Part shown: positions 10,311 through 21,242 of the stretch, one piece after another
How positions within the stretch are numbered: position 1 is the first letter of the stretch
How the letters are laid out: each line of letters starts with the position of its first letter
DNA from: an uncultured Gammaproteobacteria bacterium
Lineage (GTDB): Bacteria > Pseudomonadota > Gammaproteobacteria > JAURND01
Length of the DNA: 64,000 nt
Assembly: GCA_963714975.1 (NCBI GenBank)
Contig: CAVQQD010000001.1
Span: 288,001 to 352,000 of the forward strand
Reading direction: 5' to 3'
The notes under the pieces: model-generated
Database searches by the model: none
Told to the model about the DNA's origin: nothing
What the model saw: the letters and a program-made list of their open reading frames with translations, nothing else
Made by a program: the position numbers and the translations under genes

Positions 10311-10803
10311 CTGGACCTAGATCAAAATCTTCCACACCAAGACATCGCATACATTCGTCGTAATAGCGATGCAGCAGCAAACAGAGTAGGCAACTGCCTA
10401 ATATAACCCCGGCGACCGTAGCTAATAGCTCTCCGTGTTGCGCTATAAAAGCCGAATCGCGATGATAATAAGTAAAATTGCCCAAATAAAGTATCCCTGA
10501 GCAGGCAATAACACCGACAATTTTAAGATAGGTATGCTGGTCTTCGACGGCTTCAAGGTCCAAATTTAACAGGGCATAATGCTCATGGGCTTTTTTTGCC
10601 AAAAAAACCAGCAGCAACGCTAAAAACCCCAGCGCAAGAACTGGATTTGCTACTAGCCAATTCCAAACCTCACTTAGCCCTTGCGCCGAAGCTTCGGGGT
10701 GACGGGTAGCCACACAAATCGTATAAATAATGGCTGTGGCTAAGGGTAAACTAATCGCGGCAATAGCCAATGGCTTTTTGTATTGAGAATAACACTGCTC
10801 CAT
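10249..10803 (-). CDS. Hypothetical multi-pass membrane protein
   Basis: About 4 hydrophobic helices; GAGGAGG RBS. Confidence 0.7.
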   Translation of the reverse strand: MEQCYSQYKKPLAIAAISLPLATAIIYTICVATRHPEASAQGLSEVWNWLVANPVLALGFLALLLVFLAKKAHEHYALLNLDLEAVEDQHTYLKIVGVIACSGILYLGNFTYYHRDSAFIAQHGELLATVAGVILGSCLLCLLLHRYYDECMRCLGVEDFDLGPDDELQQENAGGSQNEVYYPR

Positions 10804-10854
10804 AATGACCTCCTCAAAATATTCCTAACAACGCCAGGTAAGCAGCCCATTCTT

Positions 10855-10893
10855 CCTTCTCCTTCTAGGAAAAGTGCCGAAGGCGGATGAGGG
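10855..10893 (-). repeat. Degenerate family A unit
   Basis: ...GTGCCGAAGGCGGATGAGGG is the reverse complement of the family A 5' arm. Confidence 0.75.
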
Positions 10894-10938
10894 TGAGCCA
10901 AGTCTAGCACTCCGAACCAAGGGCAACAACCCAATACG

Positions 10939-11772
10939 TTACCACTCCCCCTTAGATGCACCAAGGGGAGGACCAGCATATTTCGGGGATCGTTTAAAGC
11001 AACTCTCATAAAAAAAATGTGTCACCAGTGCCCCCACAGCGACCATCCCAATCCCCAGCGCATACTCAAAATCGATCAAATCATTTTTCCATAACATATA
11101 CGGAGTAATCACCCCTACTGCAGCCAACACACCCAAAGGGCGAAGCCGTGCGAATGATTTTTCTTCTGAGTGCTCTGCCTTTTCAATCGCAGCTTTCTCC
11201 TCCGGTGAGGGTTTCTCAGCCGAACAACAACAGCTGCAATATACAAACCAACTTATAACTGCTATCAGGGCAATTACACTCAAAAATACTAGAGATGTAA
11301 CCGCCGTTTCGAATGGCTGAGGAGTACTTATCACATCATAAAGTCCATAAGCCAGCATACCTACTGCAATCACAGCATACCATGCGGCTTCTCCTTCCCT
11401 GAGCCTAGCTGCCGCGATACAATCCTCTGGCCTTGACCTCCTCCGATTCTCGTGAAAGTCTGCAGTATTCCATTTCCAGAGCGCATAGCAACCCACTAGG
11501 GCTAGACTAAGTAATTCAAGCGAATTATTCATCATAAACTTGTCAGCGCCAGAAACTTCAAGCCACACAGCAATGCCTGAAGCAGCACTACCCACTAATA
11601 AAAAAAACGAGGCGATAAGTTTTTTGTTATTAAAAAGAGGAATAGGAGAGGGGTCGGTTACATTAGAATGATTATTCCGGACAATAGGCTTGCCATTGTA
11701 ATCAAGATCCTTTTCTACAGAAAAATCTTGTTCATCAGAACCTTTAATTTGAGAGCTTTCCATCGTATTCAC
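10939..11772 (-). CDS. Hypothetical multi-pass membrane protein with a juxtamembrane Cys cluster
   Basis: About 6 TM helices; YCSCCCS after a TM helix. Confidence 0.7.
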   Translation of the reverse strand: MNTMESSQIKGSDEQDFSVEKDLDYNGKPIVRNNHSNVTDPSPIPLFNNKKLIASFFLLVGSAASGIAVWLEVSGADKFMMNNSLELLSLALVGCYALWKWNTADFHENRRRSRPEDCIAAARLREGEAAWYAVIAVGMLAYGLYDVISTPQPFETAVTSLVFLSVIALIAVISWFVYCSCCCSAEKPSPEEKAAIEKAEHSEEKSFARLRPLGVLAAVGVITPYMLWKNDLIDFEYALGIGMVAVGALVTHFFYESCFKRSPKYAGPPLGASKGEW

Positions 11773-11960
11773 CTAAAATTTTAGCATCTAAAATGTGCTT
11801 ATTATACATAACTTACAAAAAAATAACCAGCCTCGCCTACCCAAAGAGAGAGAATTCGTTGTTCCAAAATTAAATTGTCTGCCTGCCTAAGATGTTTTAT
11901 GATTGACCCCTTTTCGCGGTCGTCCTGGCAGGATGACGCTTTTACAAAAGAGGTTTAAAA

Positions 11961-12875
11961 ATGAATCAATTTATTGGAATTGAAGGCGGTGGGACAAAAT
12001 TCGTTTGTGCTTATGGCTCAGGCCCTGCTGATTTACAAGGACGCACCGTCATTCGCACTCAAAAGCCCGAAGACACCATGCCGGAAATTTTAGATTATAT
12101 TCGTTCCGTACAGACCAAAACTAAGATTTCAGCTATCGGCGTCTCTGTGTTTGGTCCCTTGGATTTAGACAAACAGTCCCTCACTTATGGCCATATAATG
12201 CCTACCGCAAAAGTAGAGTGGTCTGATTTTGATATGGTGGGAACTTTACGCAAGCACTTTAATCTTCCCATCGGTTTCGATACCGACGTCAACGGTGCTG
12301 CCATTGGCGAATATCGTTGGGGAGCAGCCCAAGGGTTGAGCGACTTTCTGTATTTAACCATTGGCACAGGCATCGGCGGAGGGGCTATCGTCAATGGAAA
12401 ACTGTTACACGGAGCACAACATCCTGAAATGGGCCATATTATGATTCCGCAAGACAGGGCTCAAGATGCATTTGAAGGGGTCTGCGCTTATCATAAAAAT
12501 TGCTTTGAAGGCTTGGCCTCCGGCCCATCTATGAAAGTTCGGTGGCATGTGGATTCAGCTTTGGATCTGCCTAAAGAACATCCGGCCTGGGACTTAGAAG
12601 CCTATTACCTGGGTACGGCCTTATCGATTTACACCTTTGTCCTATCCCCTAAGCGCATTATTTTGGGCGGAGGAGTGATGCGCCAAGAGCATTTACTTGC
12701 TAAAGTTCGCACGCAAATGGTCGTCGCTCTAAAGGCTTATGTGCGCAATTACCGAGTAAGCGATCCTGAAAGTTATGTGGTTAGCCCTGGAGTTGGGGAA
12801 AATTCCGGCGTGCTTGGCGCCATCGCTTTGGCAGAAAGTAGCTATTTGGAATGGAAAGCCCAAGCCAATGAATGA
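11961..12875 (+). CDS. ROK-family sugar kinase (fructokinase-like)
   Basis: GIEGGGTKF, DTDVNGAA, TIGTGIGGG, HPEMGH and C..H..CFEGLASG motifs. Confidence 0.9.
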   Translation: MNQFIGIEGGGTKFVCAYGSGPADLQGRTVIRTQKPEDTMPEILDYIRSVQTKTKISAIGVSVFGPLDLDKQSLTYGHIMPTAKVEWSDFDMVGTLRKHFNLPIGFDTDVNGAAIGEYRWGAAQGLSDFLYLTIGTGIGGGAIVNGKLLHGAQHPEMGHIMIPQDRAQDAFEGVCAYHKNCFEGLASGPSMKVRWHVDSALDLPKEHPAWDLEAYYLGTALSIYTFVLSPKRIILGGGVMRQEHLLAKVRTQMVVALKAYVRNYRVSDPESYVVSPGVGENSGVLGAIALAESSYLEWKAQANE

Positions 12876-13218
12876 AGTTGGGCTTACTTACAAGCGTCCC
12901 TGGGGTTGTTACCAAATCTTAGCCTTGGGCCCTGGCTACCAGGTTAAAAATCTGACCATCCAACCAGGGGAGCGTCTTTCTTTACAAAAGCATTCTCATC
13001 GCTCAGAGCATTGGGTGGTGATTGCCGGCAGCCCGACTTTAACCATCGGAGAAACGCGGAGAATCTACGAGGTTAATGAAAGCGCCTATATCCCAAAAGA
13101 AGCTATCCATCGAATCGAAAATTTCACTGCTGAAATTTGCAGCTTAATCGAAGTACAAGTAGGGGATTATTTGGGTGAGGATGATATTGTGCGCATTGCC
13201 GATGTTTATGGGAGATGA
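12868..13218 (+). CDS. Phosphomannose isomerase type II C-terminal cupin-domain protein
   Basis: RPWG, LSLQKHSHRSEHWVV and IEVQVGDYLGEDDIVR motifs; ATG overlaps the ROK gene end. Confidence 0.88.
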   Translation: MNEVGLTYKRPWGCYQILALGPGYQVKNLTIQPGERLSLQKHSHRSEHWVVIAGSPTLTIGETRRIYEVNESAYIPKEAIHRIENFTAEICSLIEVQVGDYLGEDDIVRIADVYGR

Positions 13219-13251
13219 TCCCCCTCCTTTGATTTGAAAAAGGGGGAAAGT

Positions 13252-13440
13252 TTAAAGAAGTCTTACCAACACCCAAACAAACACAATCAGCAATAACGCC
13301 AGGATTCCCAGCACATAAAAACTTTTACTTAAGTTCTCCTTCGAGAAAGCTTCAGGATGGTGGCGAATCTGGCGAAATAGCAGCCAGCCCAACAAGGCAG
13401 CACCCACAATCAGGAGCAGTATTCCCCATTCTCCACTCAT
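13252..13440 (-). CDS. Small 2-TM membrane protein
   Basis: Two hydrophobic helices; ATGA coupling to the pyk stop. Confidence 0.7.
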   Translation of the reverse strand: MSGEWGILLLIVGAALLGWLLFRQIRHHPEAFSKENLSKSFYVLGILALLLIVFVWVLVRLL

Positions 13441-14873
13441 GAGTCTCCCTCATTTACCCGAATGATTTTCATCGTATTAGTGCCACCATGCACCCCCATT
13501 TGTTCCCCCATAGTGAGCAGGATTAAATCTCCTTCAGCAACTACCCCTTGATTTTTCAAAACGGCCACTGATTCTTGATTCATATGGCTTTTATCAATAG
13601 CCGTTGAATCAAAATACACCGGATTGACATCTCGATATAAGGTCATTTTGCCTAGGGTGTGAATATTGCGACTCAAGGCATAAATGGGAATCCCCGTACG
13701 CACCCGTGACATCATTAAGGGTGTCGCACCCGACTCTGTCAAAGCAATGATTGCTTTGATGGCTAAGCGATTGGCCGCGTAAACTGTTGCCATCGCAATT
13801 GCTTCATCAATGCGGCTAAATTCTTGTTCCAAACGCTGCCCAGAAACTTGAGTCACGCGCTCTTTTTCGGCAGCAATGCAGATACGCGCCATGGTTTCGA
13901 CGACCAAATCAGGATGTGCGCCCACAGCTGTTTCGGCAGACAGCATCACTGCATCGGTTTGATCAAGCACCGCATTGGCGACGTCAGAAACTTCCGCGCG
14001 AGTGGGCACTGGACTGCTGATCATACTTTCCATCATCTGCGTAGCGGTGATCACTGGTCGATTGCCGGCACGCGAACGACGAATAATCAATTTTTGTACT
14101 GCTGGCACGGCGGCTTCACCAATTTCTACCGCTAAATCACCTCGCGCCACCATCACCCCATCCGAAGCAGCAATAATTTCATTAATGTTGGTCACGGCTT
14201 CGGCACGTTCAATTTTAGCAATGATGCCAGCCGTACTGCCCGCCGCAGTTAATAATTTTCTGGCTTCATTGATATCATTGGCATCGCGGGGAAAAGACAC
14301 TGCAACATAATCGACATCCGCTGCTACAGCAACTAATAGATCAGCCTTATCTTTTTCGGTCAAGGCGGTCGCAGACAACCCTCCTCCTAGGCGGTTAATA
14401 CCTTTATTGTTCGACAATTCCCCACCTATTTTAACCTGGCAAATCACTCGCGGGCCTTCCACTTGTTTTACTACTAAGACAATCCGACCATCATCTAATA
14501 ATAGGGTATCCCCGGCGACCACATCGGCAGGCAGTTCTTTATAATCAATCCCAACACTCACATCAGTACCCGCAGTAGGGGGTAGACTGGCATCTAAAAT
14601 AAATTGCGCGCCTTTTTGCAACACCGCCTTCCCTCGTTGAAAACGTGCAATGCGGATTTTAGGGCCCTGCAAATCAGCCATAATTCCTACCATTAAGCCT
14701 AGCTTGTCAGCACAATTCCGCACCGCTTGAATTCGCCCTTGCACCAGTTCGGCACCATGCGAAAAATTGACTCGCACTAAGTTAGTACCCGCTTTTAATA
14801 AGCGTTCTAAAACACCAGGAGTATCCGTAGCTGGACCTAAGGTAGCTACAATTTTTGTTCGACGTACACGCAT
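13437..14873 (-). CDS. pyk: Pyruvate kinase
   Basis: RRTKIVATLGP, DLQGPKIR, MVARGDL and ATQMMESM motifs. Confidence 0.96.
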   Translation of the reverse strand: MRVRRTKIVATLGPATDTPGVLERLLKAGTNLVRVNFSHGAELVQGRIQAVRNCADKLGLMVGIMADLQGPKIRIARFQRGKAVLQKGAQFILDASLPPTAGTDVSVGIDYKELPADVVAGDTLLLDDGRIVLVVKQVEGPRVICQVKIGGELSNNKGINRLGGGLSATALTEKDKADLLVAVAADVDYVAVSFPRDANDINEARKLLTAAGSTAGIIAKIERAEAVTNINEIIAASDGVMVARGDLAVEIGEAAVPAVQKLIIRRSRAGNRPVITATQMMESMISSPVPTRAEVSDVANAVLDQTDAVMLSAETAVGAHPDLVVETMARICIAAEKERVTQVSGQRLEQEFSRIDEAIAMATVYAANRLAIKAIIALTESGATPLMMSRVRTGIPIYALSRNIHTLGKMTLYRDVNPVYFDSTAIDKSHMNQESVAVLKNQGVVAEGDLILLTMGEQMGVHGGTNTMKIIRVNEGDS

Positions 14874-14900
14874 ATTTTTGTTCCTCATTTTTCTGCTTTC

Positions 14901-14969
14901 GTAACCATTCACCACGATTTTGCCTCTCCCCTTGTGGGAGAAGGATTTTTACCCACAAAGGATGATTAC
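14901..14969 (+). mobile_element. Internally collapsed copy of the GTAA-ended MITE; its end supplies the pgk stop codon
   Basis: Left end GTAACCATTCACCACGATTTTGCCTCTCCCC and right end AGGATTTTTACCCACAAAGGATGATTAC match the copies at 26716 and 55715. Confidence 0.8.
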
Positions 14970-16141
14970 CATTTTTCTTTATTTTCCAGCACCGCAATCG
15001 CGGGTAATGTTTTCCCTTCTAAATATTCTAAAAAAGCCCCTCCACCGGTGGAGATGTAAGATATTCGATCCTGAAGATTAAATTTTTCAATCGCCGCTAG
15101 AGTGTCTCCTCCGCCTGCCACTGAAAAGGCATGGCTGTTGGCGATTGCCTGAGCTAAAGTCTTAGTTCCATTAGCAAAGGCATCCCACTCAAAAACACCC
15201 ACTGGACCATTCCAAATAATCGTGCCCGCCTGAGCCAGTTGGGTGGCTAAAGCCTCCGCTGTGCTAGGTCCAATATCCAGAATCAAATCATCTCCTGAAA
15301 TTTGATCGACAGGTTTAATAGTTGCTTGCGCGTCAGCAGCAAATGCTCTGGCAACGACCACATCAACCGGAATAGGGATCAAAGCATTTTTTTCTTTCGC
15401 TAATTGCAGCAATTGCCTTGCCTCTGGTAGCAACTCAGGCTCACATAAAGAAGCACCCACCGGAAAACCGGCTGCAGCAATAAAGGTATTGGCGATTCCG
15501 CCTCCCACAATCAATTGATCTACTTTTTGCAACAGTGACTGTAATAAAATCAACTTCGAAGAGACCTTAGAACCACCGACAATAGCAACTATGGGGTGTT
15601 TTGGATTCTTTAAGACCTGCTCTAATGCCTCAATTTCCTTGAGCAACAACGGCCCAGCACAAGCAATTGGGGCAAACTCCGCTACGCCATAAGTCGAAGC
15701 CTCACAGCGATGGGCGGTAGCAAATGCATCCATGACAAAGATATCGCACAGCTGCGCCATTTTTGTTGCCAACTGAGGGTCATTGCTTTTTTCACCGACA
15801 TTAAACCGCACATTTTCTAGCACCACCACCTCATTGTCACCAGCAAGATCGGTCTTGTCTAGCCAATCACGAACAAATCGTACCGGATAACCTAGGAGAT
15901 GTTCCAATTGCTCTGCGACTGGCTCAAGCGAATAGCGTTCCTCATAGTTTCCTTCCGTTGGCCGCCCCAAATGCGACATGACGATCACGTGGGCATTTTT
16001 TTGCAGACAATATTCAATCGTAGGTAATGCGGCCAAAATCCGCGTATCACTGGTAATTTTACCCGCTTCCATCGGGACATTGAGATCCTCACGAATCAAC
16101 ACTCGGCGATTTTCGATATCCAGATCCGTGAGCTTTAGCAT
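14966..16141 (-). CDS. pgk: Phosphoglycerate kinase
   Basis: REDLNVP, SHLGRP, IWNGPVG and [10 protein letters not shown] motifs. Confidence 0.96.
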   Translation of the reverse strand: MLKLTDLDIENRRVLIREDLNVPMEAGKITSDTRILAALPTIEYCLQKNAHVIVMSHLGRPTEGNYEERYSLEPVAEQLEHLLGYPVRFVRDWLDKTDLAGDNEVVVLENVRFNVGEKSNDPQLATKMAQLCDIFVMDAFATAHRCEASTYGVAEFAPIACAGPLLLKEIEALEQVLKNPKHPIVAIVGGSKVSSKLILLQSLLQKVDQLIVGGGIANTFIAAAGFPVGASLCEPELLPEARQLLQLAKEKNALIPIPVDVVVARAFAADAQATIKPVDQISGDDLILDIGPSTAEALATQLAQAGTIIWNGPVGVFEWDAFANGTKTLAQAIANSHAFSVAGGGDTLAAIEKFNLQDRISYISTGGGAFLEYLEGKTLPAIAVLENKEKW

Positions 16142-17151
16142 GTCGATGCCTTCATCAAGGCGATGGTCGTATCGATCATGCGGTTGGAAAAACCCCATTC
16201 ATTATCATACCAACCCAGCACTTTCACCGTATTGCCAATCACTTTGGTAAGCGTAGCGTCAAAGGTACAGGAAACAGGATCATGATTAAAATCAACCGAC
16301 ACGAAAGGTTCTTCGCAGTAATGCATGATGCCTTTTAATTTACCGTCAGCGGCTTCTTTCATAATCGCGTTTACTTCTTCGGCGCTGCTTTTTTTGACCG
16401 ACTGACAGGTGAAATCAATTAAAGACACGTTGATCGTCGGAACCCGCACGGCAAACCCATCGAGCTTGCCAGCCAATTCAGGAATTACTAAGCCCACAGC
16501 CGCAGCTGCACCGGTTTTAGTCGGGATCATCGAGTGGGTTGCCGAACGCGATCGACGGATATCCGGATGATAGACATCAATCAGCCGTTGATCATTGGTA
16601 TAAGAATGAATTGTCGTCATCAACCCTTCGACTACCCCGATGGTTTCATGCAGGGCTTTAACCATGGGAGCAATGCAATTAGTCGTACAGGAAGCATTGG
16701 AAATCACCGTATCGGTGGCTTTTAATATCTGATGATTCACACCAAAAACGATAGTAGCATCGACGTCATTTCCTGCCGGCGCCGAGATGATGACTTTCTT
16801 GGCTCCAGCCGTTAAATGCGGGCTGGCGTCCTTTTTACTGGTAAATAATCCGGTGCATTCCAAGACCACATCAATTCCCAAAGCTTTCCAGGGGAGTTTA
16901 CTAGGATCGCGCTCGGCAACCACTTTAATTTTATCGCCATTAATGACCAGGTTATCTCCTGCGACTTCCACAGTGCCAGGAAATTTACCATGAACGGTGT
17001 CATGGCGCGTGAGATAGGCATTGATCTTGGCATCTCCTAAATCGTTGATAGCAACTATTTGAATTTGATCACGATAATTGCTTTCATAAATTGCCCGCAA
17101 AATATTTCGGCCAATTCGGCCATATCCGTTAATAGCGGCTTTAATTGTCAT
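16135..17151 (-). CDS. gap: Glyceraldehyde-3-phosphate dehydrogenase
   Basis: [18 protein letters not shown] and WYDNEWG motifs. Confidence 0.96.
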   Translation of the reverse strand: MTIKAAINGYGRIGRNILRAIYESNYRDQIQIVAINDLGDAKINAYLTRHDTVHGKFPGTVEVAGDNLVINGDKIKVVAERDPSKLPWKALGIDVVLECTGLFTSKKDASPHLTAGAKKVIISAPAGNDVDATIVFGVNHQILKATDTVISNASCTTNCIAPMVKALHETIGVVEGLMTTIHSYTNDQRLIDVYHPDIRRSRSATHSMIPTKTGAAAAVGLVIPELAGKLDGFAVRVPTINVSLIDFTCQSVKKSSAEEVNAIMKEAADGKLKGIMHYCEEPFVSVDFNHDPVSCTFDATLTKVIGNTVKVLGWYDNEWGFSNRMIDTTIALMKASTC

Positions 17152-17161
17152 AAGGGGTCTC

Positions 17162-19156
17162 CTAAAGTAAACTTTTTATTGCTTTTTCGATATGCTCCAC
17201 CGTCATCCCAAGTGCCTCATAGACCTCTTGATAGGGAGCTGACTCGCCATAGCGATTTAAACCGATAATCTTGCCATCGATTCCGACATATTTATACCAA
17301 AAATCCGTACTACCTGCTTCTACCGCTACCCGGGCCTTAACTCGTTTCGGCAGCACTTCTTCCTGATAACTGTGGTCCTGCTGATCAAAGAGGGAAGTGC
17401 AGGGCATCGAAACCAAGCGAATTTTATGCCCCTGGTTGGTCAAATGCTGGGCTGCTAATCGAGCTAGCGGAACTTCAGACCCTGTCGCAATCAGAATAGC
17501 GTCAGGAATACCTTTGCAGTCCTCTAAAATATAGCCCCCGCGTGAGATATGATGCAAGGACTTGGGATCACGCAGCTGTTGTGGGATTGCTTGTCGAGTT
17601 AACAAAAGACAAGTAGGGCCATCCAACCTTTCGATGGCGTATTTCCACGCTTCAGCAGTTTCCACAATATCACAAGGACGCCAAACGCTAACATTTGGGG
17701 TTAGCCGTAGGCCAGAGGCATGTTCGATCGGTTGATGAGTGGGACCATCTTCACCCAGACCAATTGAATCATGCGTGAGGACATAAATAACCCGTTGCTT
17801 CATAAATCCAGCTAACCGCAGCGCATTGCGCCCATAATCCACAAAGGCCAGAAATGTGCCTCCATAAGGAATAATGCCACCATACACCGCCATGCCATTC
17901 ATAATAGCAAACATGCCAAACTCACGGACACCATAATGAATGTAGTTTCCTTCGGGATGTTCCTGGTTAAATATTCGCGATTGCGACCACCAGGTGTTAT
18001 TTGACCCGGTGAGATCTGCAGACCCCCCCATTAATTCTGGCAACATGGCGCCATAAGCGTTAAGACAAAGTTCGGATGCTTTGCGAGTCGCAATATCGTG
18101 ATTTTCTTTGGCGACATTGCGGATGAATAACTGGGTTTTTTGCTCCCATTCTTTCGGCAACTGCTTTTCAATGCGCCGTTCAAATTCTTTAGCCAAGGGA
18201 GCATTAGCTTTGGCGTATTCATTGTATTTTTCCAGCCATTGCTCTTCAAATTCAGCCCCCATCTTAGTGGCATCAAAAGCCGCATAAATTTCGAGAGGAA
18301 TCACAAAGGGGAGATGTTTCCAACCCAAAGCTTCGCGGACCGCTGCTATCTCAGGCTCTCCCAGAGGAGAGCCATGGGTTTTGGCGGTGCCTACATAGTT
18401 GGGTGAGCCAAAACCAATTTGAGTTTTGCAACATAAAATACTGGGTTTTTCAGTAAAATAACGGGCTTCTTCAATTGCATCGCGGATGGCATCAGAATCA
18501 TGTCCATCTAGAGCGGGAATAACATGCCAATTATAAGCAGTAAAGCGTTCGGCAGTATTATCAGTGAACCAACCGGCTACATTGCCATCAATTGAAATGC
18601 CGTTGTCGTCGTAGAAAACAATGAGCTTCCCCAAACCCAAGGTGCCCGCTAAAGAAGCCACTTCATGCGAGATACCTTCCATTAAACAACCATCACCGGC
18701 AAAGACATAAGTATAATGATCAATAATGTCATAGTGGCCCCGATTGAACTGTGCGGCTAGGGATCTTTCGGCAATCGCCATACCGACCGCATTGGCAAGC
18801 CCTTGCCCGAGCGGGCCGGTGGTGGTTTCGACTCCAGGGGTATAGCCTAATTCAGGATGCCCAGGGGTTTTAGAGCGTAGCTGGCGGAAGCGTTTGATTT
18901 CATCGATGCTAAGATCGTAGCCACTCAGATGCAGGAGGGCATAGTGCAGCATTGAGCCATGACCATTGGATAAAATAAAGCGATCGCGATTAACCCAATC
19001 TGGGTTAGTGGGGTTATGTTTTAAAAAATCATTCCATAGCACTTCGGCAATATCGGCCATGCCCATGGGCATACCCGGATGACCTGAATTAGCTTTTTGC
19101 ACAGCATCGATGCTAAGCATACGGATGGCATTAGCAAGGTCACGGCGTTCTGGCAT
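17162..19156 (-). CDS. tkt: Transketolase
   Basis: [13 protein letters not shown] and [15 protein letters not shown] motifs. Confidence 0.97.
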   Translation of the reverse strand: MPERRDLANAIRMLSIDAVQKANSGHPGMPMGMADIAEVLWNDFLKHNPTNPDWVNRDRFILSNGHGSMLHYALLHLSGYDLSIDEIKRFRQLRSKTPGHPELGYTPGVETTTGPLGQGLANAVGMAIAERSLAAQFNRGHYDIIDHYTYVFAGDGCLMEGISHEVASLAGTLGLGKLIVFYDDNGISIDGNVAGWFTDNTAERFTAYNWHVIPALDGHDSDAIRDAIEEARYFTEKPSILCCKTQIGFGSPNYVGTAKTHGSPLGEPEIAAVREALGWKHLPFVIPLEIYAAFDATKMGAEFEEQWLEKYNEYAKANAPLAKEFERRIEKQLPKEWEQKTQLFIRNVAKENHDIATRKASELCLNAYGAMLPELMGGSADLTGSNNTWWSQSRIFNQEHPEGNYIHYGVREFGMFAIMNGMAVYGGIIPYGGTFLAFVDYGRNALRLAGFMKQRVIYVLTHDSIGLGEDGPTHQPIEHASGLRLTPNVSVWRPCDIVETAEAWKYAIERLDGPTCLLLTRQAIPQQLRDPKSLHHISRGGYILEDCKGIPDAILIATGSEVPLARLAAQHLTNQGHKIRLVSMPCTSLFDQQDHSYQEEVLPKRVKARVAVEAGSTDFWYKYVGIDGKIIGLNRYGESAPYQEVYEALGMTVEHIEKAIKSLL

Positions 19157-19250
19157 TTTTGGCTCCCTATCAGCAGTTCAAATCAGGACCGAAATCATAA
19201 CATGCAGGAAATTTTATGTGTATAATTTTTGCTCGAGAGAGGAGGAACGA

Positions 19251-20639
19251 ATGCAGTCCGATTGTTTAGTAGAATTATCGTGGCGAGACGTTAGAACTGA
19301 GGTAGCGAAAAAAAATCCCGAATTTGCGCAAATAGCAGATCAATTTAATCCTCAAGGCGATTTTAAGGTATATAAAGCACGCTATCCTTTTGGATCTCGC
19401 ATCATTAAACACGGAGTGTTTCATTTACCTATTGATGGAACCTTAAAAGCCATCAACGATCCTGACATTCCTGCACGGCTGCGTCAGCAACTGCACTACA
19501 ACCATGATACAGCTCCTCTGTCCATGATGCTAAAGCGTTCTGCTGAGCTATCTATCTATACGGAAAATCGTCTAATCCCGCATTTTGTATTAAATGCCGG
19601 CTCGTTATTTGCGCTTTGGACCATTTTAGATCCCGATGTTTCCTACCATAATCACAACCTCTGGTATCTCACTGCTGGCGCTCACAACTTATTTGTCGTA
19701 CCCAAAATTAAAGATTTTTATGCTTATAAAAGACTATGTCACAGCCGAGGGATCCGGCTGGGATTGCCGAACACGCTGCTTGAACAGCATCAATTGCTGA
19801 TGGCCATGTCACAACATGCTGACTACCCGGAATGGCACTGCGAGATATTGCTATTTACTGCAGAATGGCTAAAGACGCATTCCGACTTAAATTGGCATAT
19901 GTTTCATCATTTTTTATATAAGTACGCGTGGATCCGTTCTTCCTATTGGCGCAATACCTTTTCGTTTTATACCACCTGGGACTCTTTTATTAGGGGATGT
20001 TCTAGGGTAAGAGTAAAAGTAACCCCGCGTGCTGCCGATATTTTGAAGCACTTACTGGCCACTGCTTTAGGAGCGGTACCTGGTTTTGCACCAGCCCTAA
20101 ACGATGAGCAGGGGCCGGTTGCAGCTTGGCAGAAAGACTTTTATGAAATTTATGAGCTGGATCATTACGTTGCTACCATTATGGCGCCCCGACATTTTTC
20201 CCTGACCAGGCCGGATCAACCGGTTTATTGGTCCTTTCATTTACCGTCTTATTTTGAATCAATTTCCCCCAAAGGTGAAAAAACCACTTTGTCGCTGATT
20301 CACGAAGTACATGAATTGTTAGTACATTTTCGTGAGATGGGGTTAGCAGGCAAATTATCGGGGATCTGCAATACCCCCATTGAAACTGTGTTAAAGCAGC
20401 TTCAGTTTAATTTCTATCACAGCGACCAGGATGCTCGAAAAATTACTAGGCCAGTGCATATGCTTGCTCAAGAAGACCCCAGTTTCCTACAGTGCCCACA
20501 ACAATATGGCATTCGTGAAATTTCAGAAATGGGTCCCTTTCGTGCGGGGTTGTGTGCGAATCAAAAAAATCCCCTCTCCGGATTAACCCTCGACATTATT
20601 CCTTCTCCCCTTGGGGGAGAAAGTGCCGAAGGCGGATGA
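19251..20639 (+). CDS. Hypothetical protein (~450 aa); probable frameshift near 20540, annotated tail is repeat-derived
   Basis: GGAGG RBS before ATG 19251; a shifted frame gives VRGCVRIK, resembling a C-terminal motif I recall from Legionellales hypothetical proteins. Confidence 0.7.
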   Translation: MQSDCLVELSWRDVRTEVAKKNPEFAQIADQFNPQGDFKVYKARYPFGSRIIKHGVFHLPIDGTLKAINDPDIPARLRQQLHYNHDTAPLSMMLKRSAELSIYTENRLIPHFVLNAGSLFALWTILDPDVSYHNHNLWYLTAGAHNLFVVPKIKDFYAYKRLCHSRGIRLGLPNTLLEQHQLLMAMSQHADYPEWHCEILLFTAEWLKTHSDLNWHMFHHFLYKYAWIRSSYWRNTFSFYTTWDSFIRGCSRVRVKVTPRAADILKHLLATALGAVPGFAPALNDEQGPVAAWQKDFYEIYELDHYVATIMAPRHFSLTRPDQPVYWSFHLPSYFESISPKGEKTTLSLIHEVHELLVHFREMGLAGKLSGICNTPIETVLKQLQFNFYHSDQDARKITRPVHMLAQEDPSFLQCPQQYGIREISEMGPFRAGLCANQKNPLSGLTLDIIPSPLGGESAEGG

Positions 20640-20643
20640 GGGG
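20601..20643 (-). repeat. Family A unit
   Basis: Two mismatches to 7445-7487. Confidence 0.9.
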
Positions 20644-20652
20644 AATAAAATA

Positions 20653-21057
20653 TTATTCACCACTGGCAGCTACTGGAGCTGGAGATTTCCCGAATCTTTC
20701 TTGCAATTTATTTAACTCAGTTACAGAGTCTGTCGACTTTTGATTATTAGCTCGACTGAAAAAACCACCATTAAACTTCAGCGATTGATAAGAGTTCTCA
20801 GGAAGAGAAGATTTCACTGGAGCATTCCCAATACCGCCTAATGCATCTTTTGCAGCCTGAATTTGTTCCCTCACTTGCGCAAGTCTAGCCTGGGTTGCGA
20901 CATCCTCGTTACCAGATTGCTGAAATTCACGGTCTAAACCTTCAATAATCTTGCTAGCGCTACTAACAACAATGCGTTTCTCTACGCCTTTAGTCGTGTT
21001 TAGTTGGGCTTCCAGGGCAGTTAGCTTGTAATTTATATCCGACAATTTATCTGACAT
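20653..21057 (-). CDS. 134-aa helical orphan protein, candidate PmrA-regulated effector
   Basis: GAGG RBS; upstream PmrA-like box and -10 element. Confidence 0.7.
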   Translation of the reverse strand: MSDKLSDINYKLTALEAQLNTTKGVEKRIVVSSASKIIEGLDREFQQSGNEDVATQARLAQVREQIQAAKDALGGIGNAPVKSSLPENSYQSLKFNGGFFSRANNQKSTDSVTELNKLQERFGKSPAPVAASGE

Positions 21058-21099
21058 TTTGATGGTCCTCGTTCGTTGACTAATTTTTTACAAGAATCC

Positions 21100-21132
21100 A
21101 TTAAACCATACTCATCTTAAGATAGAATTAAG
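21100..21132 (-). promoter_or_regulatory. PmrA-like box plus -10 element
   Basis: CTTAATTCT-AT-CTTAAGATG-N7-TTTAAT, compared with the Legionella/Coxiella consensus cTTAATatT-N2-cTTAATatT. Confidence 0.65.
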
Positions 21133-21148
21133 AGCTGAAAAAAAATTT

Positions 21149-21210
21149 GTAACCATTCAGCATAATGGAGCGAACTCCTTCCCCCCTTGTGGGAGAAGGG
21201 GAGAAGGAGT
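21149..21210 (+). mobile_element. Relic of the GTAA-ended MITE with a family A arm
   Basis: GTAACCATTCAG followed by CCCCTTGTGGGAGAAGG. Confidence 0.55.
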
Positions 21211-21242
21211 ATTGCAACCGCAGGAGAGGAGGGTCAGGAACC

